Below, in pieces: positions 1 to 9,582 of a stretch of DNA of 41,972 nucleotides (its first letter is position 1; the number at the start of each line of letters is the position of its first letter). Origin of the DNA: Bdellovibrionota bacterium (GTDB taxonomy: Bacteria > Bdellovibrionota_C > UBA2361 > OMII01); the NCBI GenBank assembly GCA_040402735.1, contig JBBALZ010000004.1, positions 1 to 41,972 of the forward strand, given 5' to 3'. A model generated the notes under the pieces. It was not told the origin of the DNA and ran no database searches. It was given only the letters and a program-made list of their open reading frames with translations. The position numbers and the translations under genes were made by a program.

Positions 1-56
1 GAAAATGGTGCAGATACTCGAAAGCACAAAGGATTTTGATATTTGCGGAAGCTTAG

Positions 57-75
57 ACCCTGGCACCGTCAGGGT
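57..75. terminator. Hairpin downstream of pilT, possibly a bidirectional terminator
   Basis: ACCCTGGC-ACC-GTCAGGGT, an 8-bp stem with one G-U, 13 bp beyond the pilT stop. No clear U tract. Confidence 0.4.
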
Positions 76-88
76 GAGCACCGCAAAT

Positions 89-1081
89 TCAGAAACTGGC
101 TAGCTCCTGCCTATGCATCTCAAACGTACACATCCCAAAAGCGCGTGACACCTGCATCAACCCCTGCAGCTGATGCGTCTTGGCCTCGCGTATAAGTGTA
201 CGCACCGCTGGTGTGCCGGTTAGGATCTCTACATTTGGAATCCGCGCCCCGTTCGCCGTTGTTAGGAGGGTTTGGCTAATCACTGCCTGCAGACTCTCCG
301 CAAGCATTACGCGCGCTTGCGCCTGTTGGTGCGCCGGATAAACATCGATTATACGATCAATACTCTTGGGCCCCCCAGCAGCATGAAGCGTTGCATACAC
401 CACGTGGCCAGTCTCTGCCGCTGTAAGGGCAAGCTGTATCGTGTCAAGGTCCCGAAGCTCTCCGACCATAATCAGGTCTGGGTCCTCACGTAGCGCTGCG
501 CGAAGAGCAGAGGCAAACGTCTCCGTATGCGCTCCTACCTCTCGCTGTCGCACAACCGAGCGTTTAGATCTGTGCCTAAACTCTATCGGCTGCTCAATCG
601 TGACGATATGCCGAGCCTGATCCTGATTGATAGTGTCAATCAACGCAGCCAACGTTGTTGATTTCCCTGAGCCCGTTGGACCCGTCACAAGAACAAGCCC
701 TCGCTGAAGTTTCGTTAAGCTGGCAATAAATGAGGGTAATCCCAGGGTCTCTAATCGCGGCACGACACTAGGAATAACCCTTAGCGCTGCAGCAACACCG
801 TGAGCGTGCCGATAGATATGAAGTCGGAAGCGTCCGAGCTGTCCGTACTCAAAGCTGCAATCAAGCTCTACGCGAGCATCATCCGAGACCGTAACATAAG
901 TCGGCAATACATCGCGCACCTGTAAGAGCAGGTCATCAGCTTCGATTGCCAGAACATCAGTAAGCCGTATAAGCTCTCCAGCTATGCGCAAAGCGGGTGG
1001 CTCTCCTGAACTCCAGTGCAGATCTGAGGCTCCTCTTGAGACCGCTTCTGCTAATAGGTTTTTGAAATTCATATTTAGCAA
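89..1081 (-). CDS. pilT: Type IV pilus retraction ATPase, PilT/PilU family
   Basis: ASDLH N-terminal motif, Walker A GPTGSGKST, LREDPD..VGELRD, His boxes (TGH..ATLH), AIRNLIRE-like AVRTLIRE. The start may be the ATG at 1072. Confidence 0.93.
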   Translation of the reverse strand: MLNMNFKNLLAEAVSRGASDLHWSSGEPPALRIAGELIRLTDVLAIEADDLLLQVRDVLPTYVTVSDDARVELDCSFEYGQLGRFRLHIYRHAHGVAAALRVIPSVVPRLETLGLPSFIASLTKLQRGLVLVTGPTGSGKSTTLAALIDTINQDQARHIVTIEQPIEFRHRSKRSVVRQREVGAHTETFASALRAALREDPDLIMVGELRDLDTIQLALTAAETGHVVYATLHAAGGPKSIDRIIDVYPAHQQAQARVMLAESLQAVISQTLLTTANGARIPNVEILTGTPAVRTLIREAKTHQLQGLMQVSRAFGMCTFEMHRQELASF

Positions 1082-1155
1082 ACCTTAGCGCTCTGTACTT
1101 TACCCCCTCTCTGCTACGGCGTAGGATACTTTAGAATCTACCTTTAGCGCGTACC

Positions 1156-4100
1156 ATGTCATCGTCCCCCTCCGAGCCTACTCATTTAGCGTTGCCCTCC
1201 TCAGGCACTGCCAGGCACCGCTCTGTTGAGCGTGTTATCGGTGTTCCTGGCTCTAGCGCTGCCTACTATATCGCTACGCTCCTAAGAGACACTCCTAAGG
1301 CTCTTATCGTAACTCCGTCAAGAAAAGTTGCCGAAGAGATAACAGAAGATCTTAGGTTCTTTATCGGCGCTCCACTGGTTACACTCCTGCAGGGCTGGGA
1401 CACCCTACCACTTGAGCCTGTGTCTCCTGGGGTCGAAACATCCGCTGAGCGGATTAGAGCATTGACAACGCTTTACACAACAGAGCAAGGAGTGATCGTC
1501 ACAGCCGCAGAAACCCTTCTCCAACGGGTGATCCCGCCAAAGGATATCCGGGCTTTAACGATATCCTTAAGACGCTCTGAGCAGATTGATCGTCCTGCAT
1601 TAGTATCGCAGCTGATCGATGCCGGCTTTAAGCATACCAAATCTGTTGAAGATGTCGGCGAAATGTCGGTAAAAGGATCGGTGATCGACCTATTCCCCAG
1701 CACAGAGAAGTTCCCGGTGCGCATCGAGCTTCTTGAGGGAAAAATAGTGCGCATGCGCAGCTTTGATCCGGAATCTCAGCGCAGCAGCTCTGACATTGAC
1801 TCGGTTACGATCCTTCCAGTTCGCGAACTCTCACTCTGTCTGACTGATACCTATGATCCGCGGACCACGGTTGAGAAAATCAAGACTCGTGCCACGCAAA
1901 CTGGAGCTCATGCACGCGATGTTGAAAAGATCGCTCTAGCCATTCAACAACGCGAAGGCTACCCAGGAATAGAGCTGATGCAATTTATCGCTGAGCCGAA
2001 TTTGCCAGGCATCCTCGATATTATCCCTCCCGATCTCCCTATTTGCACAATCGACTCCTACCAGTGCCAGCGGGCGATGGATGATTTTTCTGCATCGGCC
2101 AGAGATCGCGCGGCGAGGCTCTTTGAAGATCAACATCTCTTGCCTCTTGCTGAGGAGATCTATCTTGATGTGGATATTGTCGTACGTGAGCTTAGTTACA
2201 AAACGACATCCGAAGTATCTTCTGTTGCAGCTCCTGATTCACCAAAGGCAACGCTTAATCTTCGCGCTGAGAGCATGATTGAACTCGCCACACAGATGCG
2301 AACTAACATAGGTTCAGGCTCAGCGTTTACACCCTTAAAGAGCTTCCTCAATGAATGGCGCCGCAAGGAGTTTTCGATAGCCCTCACCGTTGGATCACTG
2401 TCGCGCGCCCAGCGCTTACAATCGATCCTGCTGGATATAGGTACCGATGCGCCGATCGTTACCTCTACTGGACTAGACTGGATCAATTCACCCCGACGAC
2501 CAGCAGTAGCGATAGTCGTTGGGCACATCTCGGCCGGATTCAGAGTGCCGAGCGACAAGCTCTGTTTTTTAGCAGAGAACGAGGTATTTGGAGAGCGATC
2601 GTACCGCTCTGGAAAGGCTCCGCGTGTTAGTGCTAAGCGGATATTGAGTGCACTATCGCTTCTCAAAGAGAGCGATTTTCTGGTTCATATCGACTACGGA
2701 GTTGGTGTGTACCGGGGGCTTAAGCACTTAACAGTAGATGGCATCCTGGGAGATTTTTTACATATCGAGTATGCCGACAGCACCCTCTACCTGCCTGCAC
2801 ATCAGATAGGTAAAGTTCAAAAATTCGTCGGCACTGAGGGCCAAGCACCGGTTGTCGACAAATTGAGCTCTACGCGCTGGGCGCGCACCAAGCAGAAAGT
2901 TCGCGACTCTATCGTAACACTTGCTGGCGACCTGATTCGGCACTACGCTTCGCGGTCGGTAAGCAAAGGCTGGCGTTTTGAGCCCTACGGCGCTGAGGAC
3001 GAACGTTTCTCTGATTCCTTCCCGTATGACGAAACCCCCGATCAGCGCAAGGCGATCAACGAAACGCTCAATGATATGGCCTTAGACAAGCCCATGGATC
3101 GCCTTGTCTGTGGTGATGTTGGTTTCGGAAAAACCGAGGTCGCCATCCGCGCCGCGTTTAAGTGCACGCAGCACGCTAGACAGGTCGCAGTGCTAGTGCC
3201 GACAACTATTCTTGTTGAACAACACAAGAAAAATTTCATCGAGCGCTTTGCTGGATATCCTGTAAAGATCGCTGCTATCAGTCGCTTTTACTCAAGCGAA
3301 GAGAACCAAAAGACCCTCCAAGCAGTCGCCTCCGGAGAAGTAGATATCGTTATCGGCACCCACAAGCTTTTGCAGCATGACGTGACATTCAAAGATTTGG
3401 GTCTGCTAATTATCGATGAGGAACACCGCTTCGGCGTTAAACAGAAGGAGCGTTTACGCTCGTATCGCGCAAATGTAGACGTACTCACCCTCACAGCAAC
3501 GCCTATTCCAAGAACTCTCCACATGTCGCTGCTCAATATACGCGATATTAGCCTGATTCAAACCGCACCTATGGACCGACGCGTTGTGCAAACGTATGTT
3601 GCAGAACGAGATGACGCCCTAGTGCGCGACGCGATCCTTCGTGAAATCCGCCGTGGCGGCCAGGCGTTCTATATACACAATCGGGTGCAAAACATAGCCG
3701 CTGTTGCAACGCACCTTGCTGAACTTGTGCCAGAAGCGCGCTTTGAGTTCGCTCACGGCCAGATGGCTGAGGCTACCTTAGAGCGGATAATGCGACGTTT
3801 TGTTGCTCGCGAATTTGATGTGCTCATCTCGACTACAATTATTGAATCTGGCTTAGACGTACCGAACGCCAACACGATGATCGTCGATCGCGCCGACCAG
3901 TTTGGACTAGCCCAGCTCTACCAGCTTCGCGGACGGGTTGGGCGTGGTAAGCGTCAAGCATATGCGTACCTAATCGTTCCACATCTGCGTTCGCTAACAG
4001 GGGAAGCCCACGAGAGACTCAAAGTGCTCCAGTCTCTCGATACCCTTGGCGCTGGTTTTAACCTTGCTATACGCGACCTAGAAATTCGAGGTGCTGGTAA

Positions 4101-4710
4101 TCTACTTGGAAAGGAACAGTCGGGTAGTGTTCTCTCGGTAGGTTTTGATATGTACTGCCGAATACTACAGGAAGCAGTTGCTGACTTAAGAGGTAATGAA
4201 CCCCTACTTGAGGATACGATCGACCCAGAGATTCGCATCGTTGGGGTCGATGCCTTTATTCCTGAGAGCTACGTACCTGACATCGGCGAGAGGCTGGTGC
4301 TTTATCAACGACTCTCAAATATCCGGTCCGATGAAGAAGCCTTTGATATCCAGCGTGAACTTGAGGACCGTTTTGGTCCCTATTCCGAGGAAGTTGAGAA
4401 CCTCTTAGTGATCATGCGTTACAGAAGCCTTTTACGTCGCCACGGAATCGTCAAGGCAGATATCACTCCAACCAAGGGCTCGTTTAGTTTTAGCCCGATT
4501 GCGCTTTTGCGAGATGGACATAAACCAACACAAAATACCCGTGTTGATGGGTTGCGAGCCTTAGAGCTTGTGCAACGTGAGCCGCAACGCTATCAATTCG
4601 GGCGGAGCAACACTTTTAGCCTAATATTTGATAAACGAAAGGGTCTTTCACTAGGGGATCTCTACATCCTCACCGAAAACACCTTGCGCACCATCTCGTA
4701 TCGAGATTAA
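1156..4710 (+). CDS. mfd: Transcription-repair coupling factor
   Basis: 1184 aa: UvrB-homology N-terminus, CarD-like VHIDYGVG, CGDVGFGKTEVA, DEEHRFG, TATPIPRT, QLYQLRGRVGR, DLEIRGAGNLLG and TRCF domain. Confidence 0.98.
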   Translation: MSSSPSEPTHLALPSSGTARHRSVERVIGVPGSSAAYYIATLLRDTPKALIVTPSRKVAEEITEDLRFFIGAPLVTLLQGWDTLPLEPVSPGVETSAERIRALTTLYTTEQGVIVTAAETLLQRVIPPKDIRALTISLRRSEQIDRPALVSQLIDAGFKHTKSVEDVGEMSVKGSVIDLFPSTEKFPVRIELLEGKIVRMRSFDPESQRSSSDIDSVTILPVRELSLCLTDTYDPRTTVEKIKTRATQTGAHARDVEKIALAIQQREGYPGIELMQFIAEPNLPGILDIIPPDLPICTIDSYQCQRAMDDFSASARDRAARLFEDQHLLPLAEEIYLDVDIVVRELSYKTTSEVSSVAAPDSPKATLNLRAESMIELATQMRTNIGSGSAFTPLKSFLNEWRRKEFSIALTVGSLSRAQRLQSILLDIGTDAPIVTSTGLDWINSPRRPAVAIVVGHISAGFRVPSDKLCFLAENEVFGERSYRSGKAPRVSAKRILSALSLLKESDFLVHIDYGVGVYRGLKHLTVDGILGDFLHIEYADSTLYLPAHQIGKVQKFVGTEGQAPVVDKLSSTRWARTKQKVRDSIVTLAGDLIRHYASRSVSKGWRFEPYGAEDERFSDSFPYDETPDQRKAINETLNDMALDKPMDRLVCGDVGFGKTEVAIRAAFKCTQHARQVAVLVPTTILVEQHKKNFIERFAGYPVKIAAISRFYSSEENQKTLQAVASGEVDIVIGTHKLLQHDVTFKDLGLLIIDEEHRFGVKQKERLRSYRANVDVLTLTATPIPRTLHMSLLNIRDISLIQTAPMDRRVVQTYVAERDDALVRDAILREIRRGGQAFYIHNRVQNIAAVATHLAELVPEARFEFAHGQMAEATLERIMRRFVAREFDVLISTTIIESGLDVPNANTMIVDRADQFGLAQLYQLRGRVGRGKRQAYAYLIVPHLRSLTGEAHERLKVLQSLDTLGAGFNLAIRDLEIRGAGNLLGKEQSGSVLSVGFDMYCRILQEAVADLRGNEPLLEDTIDPEIRIVGVDAFIPESYVPDIGERLVLYQRLSNIRSDEEAFDIQRELEDRFGPYSEEVENLLVIMRYRSLLRRHGIVKADITPTKGSFSFSPIALLRDGHKPTQNTRVDGLRALELVQREPQRYQFGRSNTFSLIFDKRKGLSLGDLYILTENTLRTISYRD

Positions 4711-4722
4711 GGCACGACCGCC

Positions 4723-6615
4723 ATGTATTCATTCCGATTTTTTCGCTCTGTCCACTCTCAACGTAGCCAGCTCCTTGCTGCCTCAGAGTATGCTGACGTC
4801 CAGCTAAATCCATTGTTGGCCGAAATCCTTAATTCACTTGGTGAGAGACAAAGCCACCAGGCGCAACGATTTACCCGACGCCGGATCTGGCTGGATAGTA
4901 TTTGTTCCGTCAAACCGTTACTTGTCCGCAGCGCCCTGTGGCAATCCGTCTCGACCCTCGGCATGGTCACCTCCCTACTAGCTGCTCGGTACATCCTATC
5001 TCCGGACTCTCCTAATATGTTGATAATCAGCCTGTGCTTTGCATATCTCCTCGCTGAGTGTGCTCGGCACTGCGTGTTTTTCTTTGATATGCAGCGACGG
5101 GCCCAGATAGCGCGCGGAGTGCAGCTCTTTTTATTCGACCGGATTAATAAAAAGCTGCTCACACTCGATCGGCATTCAAATGCTGAGTTCTCAACAGGCA
5201 ACGTTAAAACTCTCCTCTCCGGAGATGTTGAGGCAGTTGAGGATTTTATTACTACTGCATTAGGGAGTTGGATTCCGGCCTTTCTTGTTCTTGCAATTAC
5301 ATCCGGGCCGATTATTGGATTAGCTGGCGTCATGGGCTTAATCGGTGTTGTAGTTGCGCTCCTTCAGGTGCCGATTGCGCTCTCAATCGTTTTTCTCTTG
5401 GAGCGTTACAAGGATTTGCGCCAGACGGAGCAAGACAAATTTACCACGATTATTGGGGAATGGGTCAAAAACGTTCGTCTGGTTCGCTATCTCAACTGGG
5501 AGTCGGCTATTGCTCGACGGGTGGAACAGGCACTACGCCGATTTTCAATCGCTGCCAGCAAATCACATTTCTTAGTTTGTCTGGCGTTTGGTGTTTCGTA
5601 TTCGTGGTGGGCGATGCCTATCCTAGGCATGCTTGTTTATGGCTCATATACAGCTGCACCACTGTCACCGTCCGAATTCTTCCCTGTGGTGTGGCTGCTA
5701 TCGCTCTTGTCTAATCAGATCCAGTTTCTGCCACATTCATTAACGCAGTATGGAGAGGCGGCTGCCGCGGTATCACGCTTAGAGCGTTTCTTTAATCTTC
5801 CAGAGATTAGTCGGCATTTTACCTCCGATCTAGCGCCTCTCGAGGGTGACCTCGGAATGCCGATTCGAGTACACCTACGCAGAGTGACCGTAAGCTACCC
5901 TGCCGGTGATGCAATCTGCAACCTATCTCTGAGTGTCGATCTGACAAGCCGCTTTGCCATCGTAGGCGAGGTTGGTTCTGGAAAGACGACTTTGCTTGAA
6001 CTGCTTCTTGGAGAGCTAGCACCGACATCGGGTGAAATCGAGGTTGAGTTCTCTAGCGGAGTGCGCGCACCCCTTTGGACTCCCGAGGTATACTCGGCAT
6101 ATCGAAGTTCTATCGCATACGCCCCGCAGGAGCCCTTTCTCTCAAATGCCACGTTGCGTGAGAATATTGACCTACTGGCGACAAGAGATATTGAGCAGGT
6201 CAAGAGCGCCGCAGAGCAAGCCTGTCTTACCCCGGATATCGCACTATTTACCCGAGGCCTTGAAGAAGAAGTTGGTGAAACGGGCATTAACCTCAGTGGG
6301 GGCCAGAAGCAGCGCGTCAGCTTGGCGCGAGCATTTGTTTCAGATCGCCCAATTTTCTTTCTTGATGATCCTTTAAGCGCTGTTGATACCGCCACTGAGA
6401 GATCGCTCTTTTCACGTTTCGTCACAGCTGCGCGGGGCTTTGTTCTCGTCTCGCACCGAATCGCCGAACTTGCTGGATGTGATCGAGTGATAGTTCTCCA
6501 AAGAGGGGAGATCGTCGAGGATGGTGCTCCCAATAATCTCCTGGCTCGTCCGACCTCACGATATCGCGAGTTTATTGAAGCCTGTAGGCAACAGGAGGAG
6601 CACGATGTCGCCTAA
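4723..6615 (+). CDS. ABC exporter half (TMD+NBD) resembling ABCC/MRP TMD1-NBD1
   Basis: Hydrophobic TMD; Walker A GEVGSGKTT; signature GINLSGGQKQRVSLARA; degenerate Walker B LDDPLSAVD. Confidence 0.9.
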   Translation: MYSFRFFRSVHSQRSQLLAASEYADVQLNPLLAEILNSLGERQSHQAQRFTRRRIWLDSICSVKPLLVRSALWQSVSTLGMVTSLLAARYILSPDSPNMLIISLCFAYLLAECARHCVFFFDMQRRAQIARGVQLFLFDRINKKLLTLDRHSNAEFSTGNVKTLLSGDVEAVEDFITTALGSWIPAFLVLAITSGPIIGLAGVMGLIGVVVALLQVPIALSIVFLLERYKDLRQTEQDKFTTIIGEWVKNVRLVRYLNWESAIARRVEQALRRFSIAASKSHFLVCLAFGVSYSWWAMPILGMLVYGSYTAAPLSPSEFFPVVWLLSLLSNQIQFLPHSLTQYGEAAAAVSRLERFFNLPEISRHFTSDLAPLEGDLGMPIRVHLRRVTVSYPAGDAICNLSLSVDLTSRFAIVGEVGSGKTTLLELLLGELAPTSGEIEVEFSSGVRAPLWTPEVYSAYRSSIAYAPQEPFLSNATLRENIDLLATRDIEQVKSAAEQACLTPDIALFTRGLEEEVGETGINLSGGQKQRVSLARAFVSDRPIFFLDDPLSAVDTATERSLFSRFVTAARGFVLVSHRIAELAGCDRVIVLQRGEIVEDGAPNNLLARPTSRYREFIEACRQQEEHDVA

Positions 6616-8380
6616 CTCGTTTACCTCACAAGAAACTGTATTCTCCATCGGACGCTCGCTAGCAACGTTGCGTCGCTTTGTAGTCGGAGTTCCGCTTTTA
6701 AGATTCCTGTTTGTGCCAACCATCGTGCTTAGCGTAGTGGCAGTCGCACTTCCTCAGTTCTTTTTGTGGTTTTCGGGATACTTTGTCCAATGTGGATCCC
6801 AGCCTGAGTGTCTGGTGAGGCTGCCAATCTCCGGTTCGGTAATCGATGTTTCTATAGGGTTGTTGGCGGCGATAGCGCTCTTTTCATTTATTATCCGCTT
6901 GATGTCCTGGGTCGTGTTTGAGATCGGTGGCTTGTGGTCTCTACAAGGGTTTCACCGACGCATGATCGCTGGCCTACAGGGGGTTCGAACTACCTATTTT
7001 GACGAGAACCCCTCCGGGCGGCTGATCAATCGAATGGTGAACGACTACGAGAATCTCCGTTCTTCGTGCATCGTTCGAATGGGTGATTCGATGCAGGCGC
7101 TCTTAGAGGTTTTAAGCGTTGCTGCAATGGTTCTCTTTGCGCATCCTCTCGGTGCTATCTTGATCGTACCAGCGGTGTCGTTTTTCCTCTACATCCAGTG
7201 GGGCACTGCTCCGATGCTGCAACGCCTCTCTACCGTGAGATCTATAAGGCTAGGAGAGGTAATCCACCGTGAAACCGATATCATCGAGGGGTCGCGGTCT
7301 TTCATCTTGTATAATTCCGAAGAGGCCCTCTTGGGAAGACTCCGCCGCGCAGTAGTTCGTTACGTGCAGATACACCTTCTGCGGGTGAAGGTCGAAGCCT
7401 GGGGGCGACTGCTCTCTAGTCTGGTTACCGCCGCCTACAGCTTTTTTGCACTCCTGATGGTTGCCTTTGCAGTCCGCAACGGTTCGCTCTCTATAATTAT
7501 GGGAGGAGCAATTATAACGGTTATATTGAGACTTGCCCCAGCGTGTGGATGGCTTGCATGGTCTGTTGGTCTTTTGATCGAATCAGTTGGCGTCGTCAAA
7601 CGAGCGTTTGAAATAATAGATCTGCCACGACAGGAGTGCGAGGAGTTTGCTTCGGCTCATACTCCTCTCCAGATCCAGGATTCCTTACCATCACGAGGCG
7701 AGTTGAAGTTCGTTAATTACTCGATGTCGTACCGCCCTGACTCGCCTGCTATTCTAAATGATGTATCGTTGTCGATACCTGCTGGATGCAAAGTAGGCGT
7801 AGTCGGCCGAACGGGCTCCGGGAAGACCTCGTTAATTCAGAGCCTCTTTCGTATGGTCTATGTGCGGGGAGGTGATATCTTGCTAGATGGAGAGTCGCTT
7901 CTCAGGCGTGATGTTCGAAGTGTCCGCAGCCTATTCGGGGTAGTTCCTCAGGATCCTTACCTCTTTGCAGGCACCTTAAGGAGTAATCTGGATCCCGATA
8001 GCACGATTGCTGACGAGCGTTTGATAGCTGCGCTCAGGACCGTAGGTCTTGAGATGTACCTGGATGATACAGTTTCTGAAGGAGGACGAAATATCTCGGT
8101 TGGTGAGCGGCAGCTTCTCTGTCTTGCGCGGGTTTTAGTACAGGACAAGCCAATTATCTTGCTCGACGAGCCGACCAGCTCTGTTGACAATATAACTGAC
8201 GCCAAGATTCAGAGCGTATTACACGGTGCGTTTGCAGGTCGAACGGTGATAGCGATTGCACATCGACTCGAAACGCTATACAGATATGACATGATCGTCG
8301 AGATTGGCCAGGGAAAAATACTACGAAGCGGCCCAGTAGACGAGCTCGTACAGAGCCTGTCAGGCTTCGATCTGGAGTAG
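6605..8380 (+). CDS. ABC exporter half (TMD+NBD) resembling ABCC/MRP TMD2-NBD2
   Basis: YFDENPSGRLINR, VGRTGSGKTSL, PQDPYLFAGTLRSNLDP, ISVGERQLLCLAR, LLDEPTSSVD. Start moved to ATG 6605, which follows an AGGAGGAG RBS and overlaps the upstream gene by 11 bp. Confidence 0.9.
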   Translation: MSPNSFTSQETVFSIGRSLATLRRFVVGVPLLRFLFVPTIVLSVVAVALPQFFLWFSGYFVQCGSQPECLVRLPISGSVIDVSIGLLAAIALFSFIIRLMSWVVFEIGGLWSLQGFHRRMIAGLQGVRTTYFDENPSGRLINRMVNDYENLRSSCIVRMGDSMQALLEVLSVAAMVLFAHPLGAILIVPAVSFFLYIQWGTAPMLQRLSTVRSIRLGEVIHRETDIIEGSRSFILYNSEEALLGRLRRAVVRYVQIHLLRVKVEAWGRLLSSLVTAAYSFFALLMVAFAVRNGSLSIIMGGAIITVILRLAPACGWLAWSVGLLIESVGVVKRAFEIIDLPRQECEEFASAHTPLQIQDSLPSRGELKFVNYSMSYRPDSPAILNDVSLSIPAGCKVGVVGRTGSGKTSLIQSLFRMVYVRGGDILLDGESLLRRDVRSVRSLFGVVPQDPYLFAGTLRSNLDPDSTIADERLIAALRTVGLEMYLDDTVSEGGRNISVGERQLLCLARVLVQDKPIILLDEPTSSVDNITDAKIQSVLHGAFAGRTVIAIAHRLETLYRYDMIVEIGQGKILRSGPVDELVQSLSGFDLE

Positions 8381-8418
8381 TAAAGGAGAAAATTCGCGGC
8401 CAAGCGTCGTTAAACTAT

Positions 8419-8452
8419 AGGGCTTCGCAATTCTCCCGCTATCTACTTGAAG
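8419..8452 (+). repeat. Truncated left end of the 150-bp MITE-like element (family A)
   Basis: AGGGCTTCGCAATTCTCCCGCTATCTACTTGAAG matches the first ~34 nt of the copies at 23875 and 24036. Confidence 0.8.
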
Positions 8453-8646
8453 CTGTCATCGACAGATCATCAGACAACTAGCAGAGTTCAGATACTTATC
8501 AAAAAGGATTGATCTTCCTAGCTCTAGTGTGGCACTTGCTGGGCTTGCCGCGCGTGACTGGTAGTCCGGAAAATCTTCAGAAAATTTGCGACTTCTGCGA
8601 AAAAGCCTTCTAGTACACCAGCCGCGCGATGTCATGTGACTACTAC

Positions 8647-8794
8647 AGGGCCTCGCAATTCTCGTGCTATCTACTCGAAAGAACTGGCATTCCTGACAGG
8701 GATAAAAATGCGCGGCTAAATCCCGTTAAACTCATTAAATACAGTAGGTTCCGCGCATTTTTGGCCCTATTTAAGAGAAGAGAATTGCAATGCC
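8647..8794 (+). mobile_element. MITE-like element, family A, copy 1
   Basis: Near-identical to 23875-24024. Ends AGGGCCTCGCAATTCTC...GAGAATTGCAATGCC; internal inverted repeat AAAAATGCGCGG/CCGCGCATTTTT. Confidence 0.85.
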
Positions 8795-8814
8795 ATGTGA
8801 CTACTATTTTAGTC

Positions 8815-8843
8815 TGGACAAAAATATTGACCAGTTGTATACT
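8815..8843 (+). promoter_or_regulatory. sigma70-type promoter of the toxin-antitoxin operon, probably leaderless
   Basis: TGGACA-N17-TATACT, ending 6 nt before the antitoxin ATG; no Shine-Dalgarno. Confidence 0.6.
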
Positions 8844-8849
8844 ATAAGC

Positions 8850-9068
8850 ATGAAAAAGATAAATGCGAGTAAATTCAAAGAGCAGTCGCTCTCTATCCTA
8901 GACTCCCTAGAGCCCGAAGGAATAGTGATTACCAAACATGGCAAGCCCGTTGCTAAATTAATTCCGATTCAAGAACAGTCAGCTAATTTAATAGGATCGA
9001 TGAAGGGCAAGATTAAAATTAGGGGAGATGTTTTTTCAACGGGAGTTCGTTGGAATGTTGAATCTTGA
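8850..9068 (+). CDS. Phd/YefM-family antitoxin
   Basis: MKKINASKFK...IVITKHGKPVAKLIP motif. Start moved to ATG 8850 because the upstream ORF extension lies in repeat/promoter DNA. Confidence 0.9.
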   Translation: MKKINASKFKEQSLSILDSLEPEGIVITKHGKPVAKLIPIQEQSANLIGSMKGKIKIRGDVFSTGVRWNVES

Positions 9069-9420
9069 CACTCACATTCTGATTCATGCGCTCTGCGATG
9101 ATCTGAGAAAGAGTGAGCGTAAATTACTGCGTCAGCATGAATGGGCAATATCTCCGATTGTTCTGTGGGAAATGGCGAAACTTGTCTCTTTAGAGCGACT
9201 CACGCTGGATCTTGAATCCGTTGAATTCTCTAGATTGATCGGACAAATGCAAATCCTTCCGATTACCCTAGCTATATCACTCACGAGCACTAAACTTGAC
9301 TTTAGTGGCGATCCTGCTGATGAACTAATCGCCGCGACAAGTATCGTACATAAGATTCCTTTGCTAACACGAGATCGCAAGATTCTTAAGTCACGGTTGG
9401 TCCCACTAGCTAGACCATAG
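9055..9420 (+). CDS. vapC: PIN-domain (VapC) toxin
   Basis: MLNLDTHILI, SPIVLWEM, DPADELIAAT, LLTRD acidic PIN motifs. Overlaps the antitoxin by 14 bp. Confidence 0.9.
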   Translation: MLNLDTHILIHALCDDLRKSERKLLRQHEWAISPIVLWEMAKLVSLERLTLDLESVEFSRLIGQMQILPITLAISLTSTKLDFSGDPADELIAATSIVHKIPLLTRDRKILKSRLVPLARP

Positions 9421-9500
9421 CTTCATCAGTGATTTTGAGTAGATGCGCCATTTTCAGACCCGCAACTGCCGAATTTGGGTTGAAAACTCTTGTTGCTCAC

Positions 9501-9543
9501 GAGTTATCCACAGGGGGCTACGCTGCGGGATTGATTTTGGGAT
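9501..9543 (+). repeat. Dispersed 43-bp repeat (family B), copy 1
   Basis: The reverse complement of GAGTTATCCACAGGGGGCTACGCTGCGGGATTGATTTTGGGAT recurs at 28844-28886 with about 4 differences. Confidence 0.8.
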
Positions 9544-9548
9544 CCCTT

Positions 9549-9580
9549 CGCTTTGTTCTGCAAAGTGCTGAGTAGTTACA
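9549..9580 (-). repeat. End of a GTAACTACTCA-type repeat (family C)
   Basis: The minus strand reads TGTAACTACTCAGC-ACTTTGCAGAACAAAGCG. Compare TGTAACTACTCAGC at 12784 and CTTTGCGGAGCAAAGCG near 12838. Confidence 0.65.
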
Positions 9581-9582
9581 AT

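Noticed and set aside
1-103. 3' end of a gene converging on pilT
   Set aside because: Several short frames are open and none is identifiable from this little sequence.
8528-8544. Possible sigma54 site GTGGCACTTGCTGGGCT
   Set aside because: Poor -12 element, and it lies within repeat debris.
8629-8847. Small ORFs 8629-8847, 23866-24108 and 40719-40901 with similar peptides (RDKNARLNPVKLIKY)
   Set aside because: They are translations through MITE family A with inconsistent starts and stops, not a protein family.
9504-9512. DnaA box TTATCCACA suggesting oriC
   Set aside because: It is a single box inside repeat family B, is not conserved in the second copy, and has no cluster or origin-linked genes.
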